Source: Octopus vulgaris
Lineage: Eukaryota
DNA: 64,000 nt
Assembly (NCBI GenBank): GCA_951406725.2
Contig: OX597814.1
Span: forward strand, 215,512,001-215,576,000
Direction of reading: 5' to 3'
Made by a program: the position numbers and the translations under genes. How positions within the stretch are numbered: the first letter of the stretch is position 1; every line of letters begins with the position of its first letter. This document shows, piece after piece, positions 1 to 11,712 of the stretch. Below the pieces are notes generated by a model, which saw only the letters and a list, made by a program, of their open reading frames with translations, did not search any database and was not told the origin of the DNA.

Positions 1-960
1 TTTTATCTTGCTATTCAAGATGCTTGTGAGGCTACCCAAGTGGTGTAGCATTTACGTTCGAGTTATGCATCATACTTTGCTTTAATGACAGTTGCGAGCT
101 TGTTTAAGCTTGATTCGAACCAGTTTAGCTCTGCTTTTTTTTTTTATCAAAGATCTTCAGTGTGGTACTGTGAATGGTGTCCCTCATGGAATCTCATATC
201 TTCAGTGCCTCTCCGTCTGGTGGATCAATAGAGAGGGTAATCTTGTAGTAACCAGACGAGGTGTGCCACTTTATCTGAGTATCTTGTCATATTGTTATCA
301 ATTCACTGCTTGTCGGGTGGTTTCATTGACTGAAGAAAAATCTTGCAGCTAACTAAAGAGTAATCCGTGTCATGGTGGATACTGGTTGCAATTCCTGGGC
401 ACATTTCTCAAGTGGCGGTTTCTTGTAGCAGGTCAGATTGGTGTCAGTGTTTGGAGCTGTGATATCTCTAGGCCTCATTTTGCTGGGATTTATTTTGGAA
501 GTATAAGGATTAGTAGTTGAGGCGCGTGGCTTAGTGGTTAGGGGTATTCGGATCACGATCATGAGTTCGATTCCCGGTGACGTGTTGTGTCCCCGAGCAA
601 GGCACTTTATTTCACGTTACTCCAGTTACTCAGCTGGTAAAAATGAGTAGTGCCTGTATTTCAGTGGGTTAGCCTTGTCACATTCTGTGTCACGCTGAAT
701 CTCCATGAGAACTACGTTGAGGGTAAGCGTGTTTATGGAATGCACAACCTTTTGCACGTTAATTTCACGAACAGGCTGTTCCGTTAATCGGACCAACTGG
801 AACCCTTGTCGTCGTAACCGACGGAGTGCCAGTAAATGTTTGTTAAACACAGTTCATAGACTATGCAAAATTCAAGCAACTATTGCCCGTTGTCATTTAT
901 GCTGTCAACCCCATGTCTCAGCAGGCAGCGTGCATGAACAATGTTGTAGATGATATTGGA
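1..960 (-). mobile_element. Decayed RTE-clade LINE (APE endonuclease and linker), interrupted by a SINE at 521-831
   Basis: Manual minus-strand translation with stops and frameshifts: NDNGQ*LLEFCIVYELCLTN / FQNKSQQ..*RYHSSKH*HQSDL (RTE 'NGxxLLEFC', 'WRHPRSKHWHQLD') and RDTIHSTTLKIFDKK..WFES. Confidence 0.6.
521..831 (+). mobile_element. tRNA-derived SINE, family A (CORE-like centre)
   Basis: A box TGGCTTAGTGG, B box GAGTTCGATTCC, CORE-like GTGTCCCCGAGCAAGGCACTT; 3' end GTCGTCGTAACCGACGGAGTGC shared with the copies at 7929, 24914 and 63927. Confidence 0.85.
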
Positions 961-1720
961 CTGTTTTAGGGACTTCAGCTCCTATATATCTTCACTGTTA
1001 TTCCTGAATCTAGTCTAATTGATGTGCATAACTGCAAGGCTGCAAAGGTTTGAAACAGGGGTTTGCCATCTCTTAGGTGACGGACTACTCCACGCAGAGG
1101 CGTTGTATCAAACCGAAGCATTGGTTTTTAAGCGCTTTTAAAATCACTAGTTTTAAAATGCCACCTTTCACCATTGGCCTCTTTACCTGTCAGCAAAAAC
1201 AGTTCTGCTTTACTTACATGTTAAGATATGCGAGAAGGTCACGTATTAGACTTTTTTGGAAGAAGCTGCTTGAGAGGTTTATCATGAAAATGATTTCTTA
1301 GAAGCTAAAGCTTATCCTCACTACCACTCCTTCGTCTGGTTATACGTATATCTGCGTATACATATACACTCGCATATACTACATATACATCTGAGCGTGC
1401 ATGCGCGCATGTGTGAACGTGTGCATGTACACGTAAGGCCAGCTGCAATATTCCAGCGAGTATTGCTTAGCAACGTGTGTCATGCTTTCGCTAATTGTTT
1501 TAGGTGCCTTTGTAGTCGGAAATAGTCATAGACACGCTCTGGTACACCTCGATCTTCATCCGGTGGCATATTATGGATGTGACAGTTGGAGAGATAGATC
1601 GATAGAGAGAGAGAGAGAGAGAGAGAGAAAGAAAGAAAGAGACAGTGAGAAAGAGAGAGAGAGAGAGAGAAAGAAAGGAAGAAAGAAAAAAAGAAAGAAA
1701 GTAGCACCAGTAACCAGCTA

Positions 1721-1838
1721 GTGCAACGTGAAATGAGGTGCCTTATTCAGGTACTCAACGCTCTATCCTGTCTGGGAATTGAACCCACGACGTTATGATC
1801 GTGAGGTGGATGCTCTACCTACAAGACGACTTGCCTTC
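1721..1838 (-). mobile_element. Degenerate 5' fragment of SINE family A
   Basis: Reverse complement has GGGTTCAATTCCC (B box) followed by a CORE-like segment. Confidence 0.5.
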
Positions 1839-1953
1839 ACACACATTCACACATTCTCTCTAACACACACACATTCACACATTCTCTCTAACACACACAC
1901 ATGCACTCAGAGAGAGAGAGGGGGGAAGAGATACATATATATGAACATATGCA

Positions 1954-2499
1954 CAGTAAAACCTCGCTTTACGAGTTTCAATTTGCAGCTAACTTTTGTA
2001 TAGTGAGCTGCAATTTTTCAAGCGCAAGATCCTAATTTTGAACGAAATGAAAAAAGTCTCTACTATTATATATTATAATAAATGCTTCTGCGTGTTACCG
2101 GGAAATTTATAGAGAGAAATTTATGGAGAACTTCTAAGCATACGACTCTAGATTTGCTTTCTAAAAAGATTTCTATCCGTCTACGAGTGCTTGTGAATCG
2201 GTGATTGCGTCTACAAGTGATGGTGTGCGCGAGTCTATTGTGCGTCAAAGTGATTCAGAAAACGATAATAATAATAATAATCGACATGCTTTTTACTTTG
2301 CATAAAACATTCTTTACATTCTACTCTTGTGCTATTGCCATTTATTTACGAATACAATAATTTTTATAGGTGAACTATTTCTTCGGAAACAGATTACGAT
2401 TTATAACATTGCTATGGGAAGTTATTGCTCTGTTTTACGAGTTTTCGCTTTACGAGTGGTCTTCGGTAAGAAATAAACTCGTATATCGAGGCATTACCG
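1954..2499. mobile_element. Tigger/pogo-type non-autonomous DNA transposon (MITE)
   Basis: Imperfect 23-bp TIRs CAGTAAAACCTCGCTTTACGAGT / ACTCGTATATCGAGGCATTACCG; TA on the right flank; subterminal TTTACGAG repeats. Confidence 0.75.
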
Positions 2500-2591
2500 T
2501 ATATAGATATCTATGTTACAAGACTCTGGTCGCCACCAAATTCATGCGACTATAAATTCATGCAAATATTCATGCAACCATATATGTGCCT

Positions 2592-2645
<54 letters not shown>

Positions 2646-3325
2646 GCATGTGTGTGTGTGTGTGTATGTATGTAAATATGTATATATGCGCGAGAACATC
2701 TAATATGCTCATGGAATCATGAAGTCGTAACGTGTTTTACTGGCACCTTTTAGAATCTGAAAGCATTTACTGAATAATACATGGCAAGATGATAATATAT
2801 TACACATATGGTAATATTTTATTCACTAACAAACATATCCAAACAGCGTTCACACAGCAGCATAACATACACTTATGTGTGCATAGCGTGTGTATCTGAA
2901 TGTGTGGCTGTGCATGCGTGTACCTCCTCGTATGCAACATAAATCTCTAAATAAAAGCATATAAAATTCAGATGCTTTTATATATAGATTTATGTTTATA
3001 ATCATGTACGCACGTAGGGAAACCTACACTATGAATTTGGGAGAGTAGTTTAATTTGATGGACTTCTTGATCAATATATAACAGAAATTTCTGTCGCTCT
3101 GTACATTTATTACGTCTATGAATAGCGACGTGAATAAACGTCAATAGATAGATATTTGTCATTTCAGATAAAGTGTACACTTAGCAGCATCTGTGCTCAG
3201 TTTATTTTGCGTCTATAAATTCATATAAAATATAAGAAAACAACATTGGAGGCAGTCACAATCGATTTGCTATGGCAATTCATTCTGAAAGTATTTCAAT
3301 TATTATCAACTGTAAATAAATATAG

Positions 3326-3785
<460 letters not shown>

Positions 3786-4226
3786 ATGTTTTCTGCGTTA
3801 TGAATGTTACTTCTGAACGCATTTTGAAAAGGAATGAATGAATTCCGCATGGCAACTATTTTATTTTTGTAGAATTCTAAACAATCTGCTTTGTGATGCT
3901 TAGCTCTGAACATTCTTAGCGTTAAAAATGCACTCTGCGTCGACTTTACTTTTTATCCCTGCGGGGTAAATAAATATGTACCCATGAGTCATATGATACT
4001 GGTAGTCGATTCAACATTGTCAGAGTAAGAAGAGACGCACTCATACATCGAGCGATCGGCGAGCTCACCCGCTCTCTAAAGTTCATCCGGTGTTTCTGCT
4101 CCCAAGCCAAAAGAGTCTCTACCAGCCTGTGGATTCCTCTCATAAACCATTCCTAAACCATGATCGCTCAATAAGTTATCCTGTTTTAACAACCTCAGCA
4201 AAAATCAACTATTGAGATATTAAGTA

Positions 4227-4621
4227 CTAGCAGTATCGCCCGGCGTTGCTCGGGTTTGTAAGGGAAATAACTATATAAGCATTTTTAGAGAGTTATAGCC
4301 AAAAATAGCAAAACAATGCACTGAAAATGGAAAAAAAATGATGGTAAATTTTTTTTTAAATCGTTGATTCATCGTAGACATTTTTAGAGTTACTTCCCAA
4401 TAGCGAAAAAAATGCATTAAAATGGAAAAAAATGATGGTAATTTTTTTTTTTTAAATCGTAGATTCATCGTAGACGCGCGCTAATACCCAGAAGGGCTCG
4501 ATATGAATCACGACTATAAGATACCCGCTTTTGGTTACACTGCACCGCAAAATGTGGGAGTAGTTAGGAATCTAAATCGTAGGAGACAGACAGCACACAA
4601 CCTTACTTTTATATATAAAGA
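4227..4621 (-). mobile_element. Non-autonomous Helitron
   Basis: Minus strand starts A|TCTTTATATATA and ends with hairpin CCCGAGCAACGCCGGG then CTAG|T; internal ~100-bp tandem duplication (4279-4475); 3' end shared with 35878-36262. Confidence 0.85.
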
Positions 4622-4769
4622 TTAAGTCACTTCTGGTTTATTCAAATCACAACGTTAACAGTCCCGTAACAATGTGTTTTCCGTTCACCACGAACAGTAA
4701 ACCTCAGAACTATCTTCTTCTTCACGCAAAACTGTTAGCTCTTTTCTGTCTCTTTATAATTTATCGTAA

Positions 4770-4890
4770 TGTTTGGAAACATGATATAGTGTACCCAATA
4801 CAAAAGTAAGGTCACCTCTCTGAAATGACCAACACTCTTGCTATGGCTCTGCTGACATTACGAGAGTAGTGGGAAATCTTTAACAGCTTC
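4770..4890 (+). pseudogene. Old LINE RT remnant (left part, split by the younger CR1)
   Basis: Translates WKHDIVYPIQK*GHLSEMTNTLAMALL, resembling RT 'WKxAxVxPIxKxG..P.NYRPIALL'. Confidence 0.55.
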
Positions 4891-4898
4891 AGACTCTA

Positions 4899-6678
4899 TT
4901 AGTTAGTTAGTTAATTTGGCTCAAAAGCAAATAGCAAGGCCATGTAGGGGGACATGGAGTTATGTACAGGGTGGTGTTCATGTAAAGAGTTCAGGCCACT
5001 TGAGGTCAAGGGAGGCTTTGAACAAAGCGGTCGTCGGCATCTTCACCATCTCGTCTGGCAGCTTGTTCCACGGATCCGCAACCCGGACGGAGAAAGCTCC
5101 TCTCCTTCGATTGAGATGAAATCGTCGCAGGTAGAGCTTTTCGGAATGACCCCGCAGCCGACGCTCTGGAGCAGGAGTGAAGAACAGCTCTTTCGAGAGG
5201 TTACACTTTCCGCTTATGATGTTGTGGGCGAGAATGAGATCACCACGGCGGCGGCGTTTTTCAAGAGAATAAAGGTCGAGCGTCCTCAGCCTTTCTTCGT
5301 AGGACAAATTTTTGAGACCATGAACCATGCGGGTAGCCAGCTTCTGGACTCTTTCGAGATGCTGTATGTCTTTGAGGAGATAAGAAGAGGCTTGAATCCC
5401 ATACTCCAATATGGGTCTCACCAGCGTGACATAGAGTGGTAGGAATATGGCTGCTGTGAGCATTCCGAATGACCGTCGAATCAAGAACAGAATTCCGCGT
5501 GCTTTGTTGGCAGCATGGACGCACTGGGCCGAAGGCGAAAAGGAGGAATCCACCAAGATACCTAGGTCCTTTACCTGATCGGTCCTCTCCAGCAGCAGAC
5601 GACCCGGCTCGAAATCAAGTTGAGTTGCAGGAGTAGAGCCGACAGGCAGATGACAGCACTTTGACACGTTCAGACAAAGGTCCCAATTGTTAGACCACTT
5701 CCAAATGTGGTGGAGGCATCGACGAAGATCCTCTATATTACCGCGAGGAGCCACCAGTTTGATATCGTCGGCAAATAGAAGGGTGTGTTGCGTGAGGTCG
5801 TCGGGCAAGTCATTTATGAAGACTAAGAACAACAAGGGCCCAAGCACTGAACCTTGAGGCACGCCACTGCTCGCACTGGAGACGTCGGACCGTGAACCAT
5901 TAACTTGGACTTGGAAGGAGCGATCTGAGAGGAAGGCACCAACCCATCGTACAATATCCGGATGGAAACTATATGCTTGAAGCTTGACAAGCAATAGGCG
6001 GTGGTTTACCGAGTCAAAAGCTTTGGCAAAGTCCAGTAAAACGATGTCAACAGCATCACTATCATCGAGGATGCGCGTCACCAATTCTTCCATTACTAGT
6101 AGGTTGGTCAAGCATGATCTCTTCGGCACGAAGCCGTGTTGGGAATCAGAGATAGAGGCTGTGTTTAGGAGGTGGATCATCATACTTTTCTTAAGGATGG
6201 TTTCGAACATCTTGCTGATAATTGATGTAAGGGAAACCGGTCGGTAGTTAAGCGGGTCTTCGCGGCTCCCTTTCTTGAAAATTGGGCAGATTATCGCTGT
6301 TCTCCAGTCTGCAGGTATAACACCCGTCGCCAATGACATATTGAATAGTCGTGTTGAGGGCTCGCAGATGACCGGAGCCAACGCTTTGATAACCCGTGGG
6401 TGTATGCCGTCAGGGCCGTGACCTTTGTTGACATCGAGGCCTTGAATAACACGTTTGACTTCGTCCCGCGTGATGACCAATCGAAGCATTGGAGGTACCG
6501 ATCTATCAAATGGAGGGGGTTCACGACCATCATCTTGTTTGAAAATAGTTGAAAAAGCCTCGGCAAATAATTGACTCTGTTGATAAGGGTCCTCAATCGA
6601 TACGCCTGTTGAGACTACCAACGTTGCAATCTGGTTGTTCAAGCGGGAATTCCGCTGGACATGGGCAAAGAAGGTTTC
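4899..6678 (-). mobile_element. 5'-truncated CR1-clade LINE with (TAAC)n tail
   Basis: Uninterrupted RT ORF, short 3' UTR, tail TTAACTAACTAACTAA at ~4899-4914; the frame continues upstream as ETFFAHVQRNSR to ~6678. Confidence 0.9.
4978..6642 (-). CDS. Non-LTR retrotransposon reverse transcriptase (partial ORF2, CR1/L2 group)
   Basis: 554 aa with GPDGIHP, NYRPVSLTS, QHGF, DFAKAFDSV, GVPQGSVLGPLLF, FADD, KDLG and C-terminal LEKRRRRGDLI...LRGH...WNKLP; no true start or endonuclease. Confidence 0.9.
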   Translation of the reverse strand: MNNQIATLVVSTGVSIEDPYQQSQLFAEAFSTIFKQDDGREPPPFDRSVPPMLRLVITRDEVKRVIQGLDVNKGHGPDGIHPRVIKALAPVICEPSTRLFNMSLATGVIPADWRTAIICPIFKKGSREDPLNYRPVSLTSIISKMFETILKKSMMIHLLNTASISDSQHGFVPKRSCLTNLLVMEELVTRILDDSDAVDIVLLDFAKAFDSVNHRLLLVKLQAYSFHPDIVRWVGAFLSDRSFQVQVNGSRSDVSSASSGVPQGSVLGPLLFLVFINDLPDDLTQHTLLFADDIKLVAPRGNIEDLRRCLHHIWKWSNNWDLCLNVSKCCHLPVGSTPATQLDFEPGRLLLERTDQVKDLGILVDSSFSPSAQCVHAANKARGILFLIRRSFGMLTAAIFLPLYVTLVRPILEYGIQASSYLLKDIQHLERVQKLATRMVHGLKNLSYEERLRTLDLYSLEKRRRRGDLILAHNIISGKCNLSKELFFTPAPERRLRGHSEKLYLRRFHLNRRRGAFSVRVADPWNKLPDEMVKMPTTALFKASLDLKWPELFT

Positions 6679-7030
6679 TGTTCCCCGGATCGGAAACTAT
6701 TCAGCCTCAATGATCACTATCAGTGTTTCTGCTGGAGGAAATCTCCTGCTACTCGTCAGTTGTCCCGCGACTTTGATAAATGACATTAAACTTGTTATCA
6801 GCAACACTTTAAATTATGAGCAACAATGAACATTCTATGGCAGAGCCTCTTACTTGTGGACTTCGCTTGACTCTGTTCCCTGGATCGGAAACTTCCTGTC
6901 AGGTCGTAGTATCACTTTGTGCGTGGAGGGAGATGTTTCTGAATATTATTTCTTCAGTTCAGGTGTACTTCAAAGTCCTACTTTGGTTGTTGTATCTCCA
7001 GTACTTTTTCCTTCTGTATATGACCGACAT
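6677..7030 (+). pseudogene. Old LINE RT remnant (right part, partly tandem-duplicated)
   Basis: WIGNFLSGRSITLCVEGDVSE..SSGVLQ..SPVLF; 22-bp TCTGTTCCCYGGATCGGAAACT occurs at 6677 and 6872. Confidence 0.6.
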
Positions 7031-7032
7031 AC

Positions 7033-7186
7033 TTATTTACATTATTTACATTATTTACATTTAATGGATATTTGTCCTCATCTTGTTTGTTGTTAACACA
7101 ACGTTTCGGCTGATATACCCTCCAGGTTTCATCAGGTGTCTTGGGGAAATGAGAACCTGGGCTCTCATTCCTAAGGTATTTTTCGA

Positions 7187-7245
<59 letters not shown>

Positions 7246-7395
7246 TCACTTCTTGGACTCGAACTCGGTATCTTGGGGTTAGTAGCCCGCGCTCTTAACC
7301 ACTACGCCATATTTGACAAATATCCGTCCAATGTAAATAATGTAAATAATGTAAAAAATATACATAATACCTCATCTCTTAAATATAGGACTGTA
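7033..7395 (-). mobile_element. tRNA-headed short element with a hammerhead motif and an inverted tail copy (candidate Penelope-dependent SINE)
   Basis: Minus strand: A box TGGCGTAGTGG, B box GAGTTCGAGTCC (7242-7312), (AAT)n, hairpin, hammerhead motif, (ATGTAAATA)n tail; tail repeated in inverted orientation at 7315-7355. Confidence 0.7.
7096..7139 (-). ncRNA. Minimal type-I hammerhead ribozyme motif (stem II weakened)
   Basis: ACAC CTGATGA A ACCTG-GAGGGTATAT-CAGCC GAAAC GTT GTGT; stem I ACAC/GTGT. Confidence 0.65.
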
Positions 7396-7710
7396 TTACC
7401 AACGTGCTAGCTGTCACAACACATTACTGTGCAAACGTTACACGGGTGTCATTCACAAGCCAGCTTAACACTTCATATCACACCAACAATATTTCCATAA
7501 ACATATACCTCGATATAGCTCCAATAGCACAAGACTCAATCCGTGTACATATTAGGGAACCAATCCTTCCTTTTATTTTTTCTCGTGTTAGAAATGATAC
7601 CACTAAATTCTCAAGGTCACTGCAAATGCTAAACCTCACGACCATTGAGGGATTCTCCTGGCGATTTCAGATTCTTACATTAAAATCTGCTGGCGTCGGT
7701 AATAATGGTC

Positions 7711-7916
7711 TCAAATTTTGATACAAGACCAGCAGTTTCGGAGGATGGGTAAATCGATTACATCGACTCCGGTGCTCAACTGGTGCTTATTTTATCGACC
7801 CTGAAAAAATGAAAATCAAAGTCGACTTCAGTGGAATTTGAACTCAGAACGTAAAGACAGACGAAATGTCGCTAAGAATTTTGCCAGACGTGCTTACGAT
7901 TTGCCAGCTTGCAGCC
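7711..7916 (-). mobile_element. SINE family B
   Basis: Reverse complement matches 22829/29537 (GAGTTCAAATTCC, GACTTTG..TTTCA..GGGTCGATAAAATAAG). Confidence 0.75.
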
Positions 7917-7928
7917 TGGCATCTACTA

Positions 7929-8218
7929 GCACTTCGTCGATTACGAAGACGAGGGTTCCAGCTGATTCGATCAACGGAGCAGCCTGCTCATAAAATTAAC
8001 GAGCAAGTGGCTGAGGACTCCACAAACGCGTGTACATTAACATAGTTCTTATGGAGATTGCGCGTGACGCAGAATGTGTCAAGACTATCCATTTTTGCCA
8101 TCTGGATTGGAGCAACGTAAAATGACGTGACTTACTCGAGGACACAACGTGCTGCCGAGAATTGAATTCACGACCTTACAATCGCTAGCCGAATACCCTA
8201 ACCATTAATCACTCGCCT
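7929..8218 (-). mobile_element. SINE family A (diverged)
   Basis: Reverse complement aligns end to end with 521-831. Confidence 0.75.
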
Positions 8219-10098
8219 TCACGGCATCTATAATAATGATATAGCAAATGGGATCAGTTAACTATAATTTTTCTTCCTTCCTTAAACCCACAACTTCTAA
8301 AAGAGTCGTATTGGTGGCATAGTCACAAAGAACATGTCGTGGGCATTTTGAACCTGGAGGAACCCATCTCCCTCTTGGTATGAATACAGCTTCAGTTTCT
8401 TCCAGAGAGAAAGATAAAGAAGAAAGAAACACCGAAAAGTATCGATAACTGTAATGTAGTGGTACTTTATTTATCAACCCCGTAATAATAAAAGGCAAAG
8501 TTGATTGTGAAGTATTCTTACCGACATTCTGCCCACTCTTTCAATTCATTATTATAATCCTTTATCTACGAGGCAATATGTCAATACGAGGAATGGCAAT
8601 TATTTTTATAGTGCCGTGTAGTTATGTAGTTAATGAACTGGGTTTGCAAGTCAGTATAATAATCCATTTTATGAAGACGATCTCACACACAGCTGTGCAA
8701 ATCTGAGGAACCATGCTCTTGTTTTTATTGTTGTTGTTGCTATTGTTGATTTAGTTGCACAGCCTTACGTTTCGTTCGGGTTTTGAGATTAAATGCTTGG
8801 ATTATTTCTCCCCCAAGCATTTTTAGTGCAAAATATTTTCTGCATACAGTTTTGCGATGAAAGGATGATGCCAAAACGCCAGAAGCATTGGGCTCTTTGT
8901 ATATCGAAACAGGTGTGCGAATTAAATATCGAGTAGTTATCTTAGTGGGGATCTAAACAAAAGTGCATGACTATTGAAGTGCTACCTGAAAACAGTAGAT
9001 AAAAGAAGTAAAAATATTGGCAAAATAAACAGTTCGATAACGTTGTGTAAATTGTTAGTATAATATGAATACATAATTGTTATTACAGCTAAGTCAAGTG
9101 CCTTTGATAGCGCAATTGGTAGACTGTATGACTAGCTGATGGTTTTACCGTATTGAATTTTTTTATACAGAATTGTTCAGTCACACCGTTTTCTATTTGA
9201 GAAAATAAGCACTTTTCAGTAAATGGCGTATCCACCTTTGAATGCTTTTATCAAAATAGAAATATCACACCTTCTAATATCCCTCACCTATACGTCAAAG
9301 ATTTGATATATTGCTTAAGAAATGTTCTCTATAATTGTCACATATGGTACAGAACGTGTTTCGGAGCATTTCATTCGATACTGTACGATTTTAAATGAAT
9401 CCCCACGGTCGATACTATTCATACACTAGACATTCAAAATTAAATTCGTATCTCATAGAAAACAATCTTTATTATAATTACCTAGCTGTTCCCCTGAGAT
9501 GGTGATCTTAAAACCAATTAAAGAAACACATATTTTTCTTAGTGCGATGTATAGTATACCCGTACAATCAAAATGATATTTTAAAAGAAACAACCTGAGA
9601 CTAGTATTCAATAAATTCACCAACACGACTTACATCCCATGTATTTGACAGATACTTTTTAGAACACATACATTGTCTGGTTAGATTCTGATCAATGTGT
9701 ACTGTTTATTATCGAAACAATTATTTTATCAATAATGTAGCATATATTTCATATACATAATATAGATGTCCTTATGACATATCCTATATACAAAGCTGTT
9801 ACAATGAAACATACGTACAACACACTGTGATTAATTAATATAAATGAATTTCCGTGTAAAATATATTACTATCTTCCCTATTCACATATATATTTCTATA
9901 TTTGCCATTCACATATATAATATACATTACAAATATTGGACATATACATTTTATAGTGAATCATATATTACTGAACATAATTTAGACGTTTATTATTGCG
10001 TCATTTTTGTGAACATAACTGGAATAACATATCATAAGTATTTCGTTTTTGGATTTGGTTTGCAAGATTCTTTATATGAGTTCGTGTGTTGAAGCATG

Positions 10099-10383
10099 TT
10101 CTGTTGTGTCTGGTGAGAGCCATTTTCTTTTTGTGCCTTATAATGTAACACACTCACCGGTAAAATTTCCACTTATTTCTTATTTTTATTTTCCTAAAAT
10201 TTTCCTAAAGTTTTCGTTGCGTCTTGCAACCTCTTCAATAGAGAGTCAAGACATTTGAAAAGGTTACAAGACGCAACGAAAATTTTAGGAAAATAGAAAT
10301 AAGAAATAAGTGGAAATTTTACCAGTGAGTGTGTTACATTATAAGGCACAAAAAGAAAATGACTCTCCCCAGACACAACAGAA
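10099..10383. repeat. Fold-back inverted repeat (~130-140-bp arms, 16-bp spacer) with a hammerhead-like motif; Penelope-type
   Basis: Arms 10099-10238 and 10255-10383; motif TTGAAGA G GTTGC-AAGAC-GCAAC GAAA at the inner ends. Confidence 0.8.
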
Positions 10384-11015
10384 TATCATAAGTAGATATT
10401 TATGAAATACAGAGTCGAATGCTTAATTTAACAAATCTTTCATTCAATTTTTTCTGGGAAGAAACTCTTGCCAACCAGAGTTCCATGATCATCACTTCTT
10501 TCTGCGAACAGCCTCAGATTATTCTTACATCTAGTATATATATATATGAGCGTGTGTGTGTGCGCGCTTAGATGTGTGCGTCTGTCCCTCTGTATGTGTG
10601 TTTCTGTGTATATATAGGTATATATGTACGCATATATCAAATTTTAGTGTAGGAGATAATGTTTCGTTGAGCATTTTCACCTTGGAAAGAGTCTCGTGAC
10701 CCACCTCGATAGATCTGTCAATTGAACTACTTTATAAGACATGCAAACACTACATACATACATACATACATACATACATACATACATACATACATACACA
10801 CACACACATATACATTCATTCCTTCGAAATTAGGAATGTGCAACCTTCGAAACATATGTCGAAAATAAAATAAAGGAATTTTGTTAATTCGTCGTTCAAC
10901 TCCATTCTTTCATTTATTTGTATATATATATATATACATATACATATACATACATATATATAGAGTGATATATATATATCTACATATACATATACATAAA
11001 TATATGTATACATGC

Positions 11016-11085
<70 letters not shown>

Positions 11086-11572
11086 ATAATAGCAAAATGA
11101 ATGTTATGACGGAAGAGGATAAAAAAATAAAAGCCTTTTTGAAATTTAAACATCATTGTTTGCTTCCAATGTTTCAATGTGTAATTGGAATTTAACAGTA
11201 GCACGTACAACCAGGAAATTCACCTCTACAACTTTGACTCATAATTTAGAGAATTTCAATATTTGGTTGTACGTGCTAATTCCAGTTTAATACTGTAGCA
11301 GTGGAGGAAGATAATCACGTTTAAATTTAGAAAATTATGAATCAAAAGAACGAGCAAACGAAGATCTGTTTCTCGGTTATTCTAATAGAGCCAGTGGAGG
11401 AACATGTGTATACCACTTTCCTCGAATAATGAAACTGCAATTACAATATCTTTATATATTTTATTTCTACTTTCATTTACTTATTTCTTTCTATATTCCC
11501 TATCGCCTCCTTTTCCATAATAATTCCTTATTTCGAAGTCAAATATTTACCACTATTGAACCATCTCACACT

Positions 11573-11620
11573 GTTTCTGATGAAGGGATATCCATAATAT
11601 CCCAGAAACAGCTGTAAGAC
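11573..11620 (+). ncRNA. Minimal type-I hammerhead ribozyme motif
   Basis: GTTT CTGATGA A GGGATA-TCCATAA-TATCCC A GAAA CAGCTG TA AGAC; palindromic stem III CAGCTG; GUA site. Confidence 0.7.
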
Positions 11621-11712
11621 TATGTCTATACCTTTTTCCTTATAAATGTCCTGAAAACTCCCCACGGCCTTGGCTTTGTTTTCTCATTTTGTCTAATATA
11701 TATACACACACA

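Noticed and set aside
1500-1570. Minus-strand CCGGATGAAGATCGAGG...GAGCGTGTC resembling a decayed hammerhead
   Set aside because: GAAA and stem II are absent.
4915-4960. Resemblance between the CR1 3' UTR (TGTCCCCCTACATGGCCTTG) and the SINE B tail (TGTCCCCTCTATGTTTAGCCC)
   Set aside because: The match is too short and the terminal repeats differ, so a SINE-LINE partnership cannot be claimed.
4954-6596. Overlapping ORFs at 4954-5442, 5261-5524, 5984-6247 and 6291-6596
   Set aside because: They are antisense or alternate frames of the CR1 RT.
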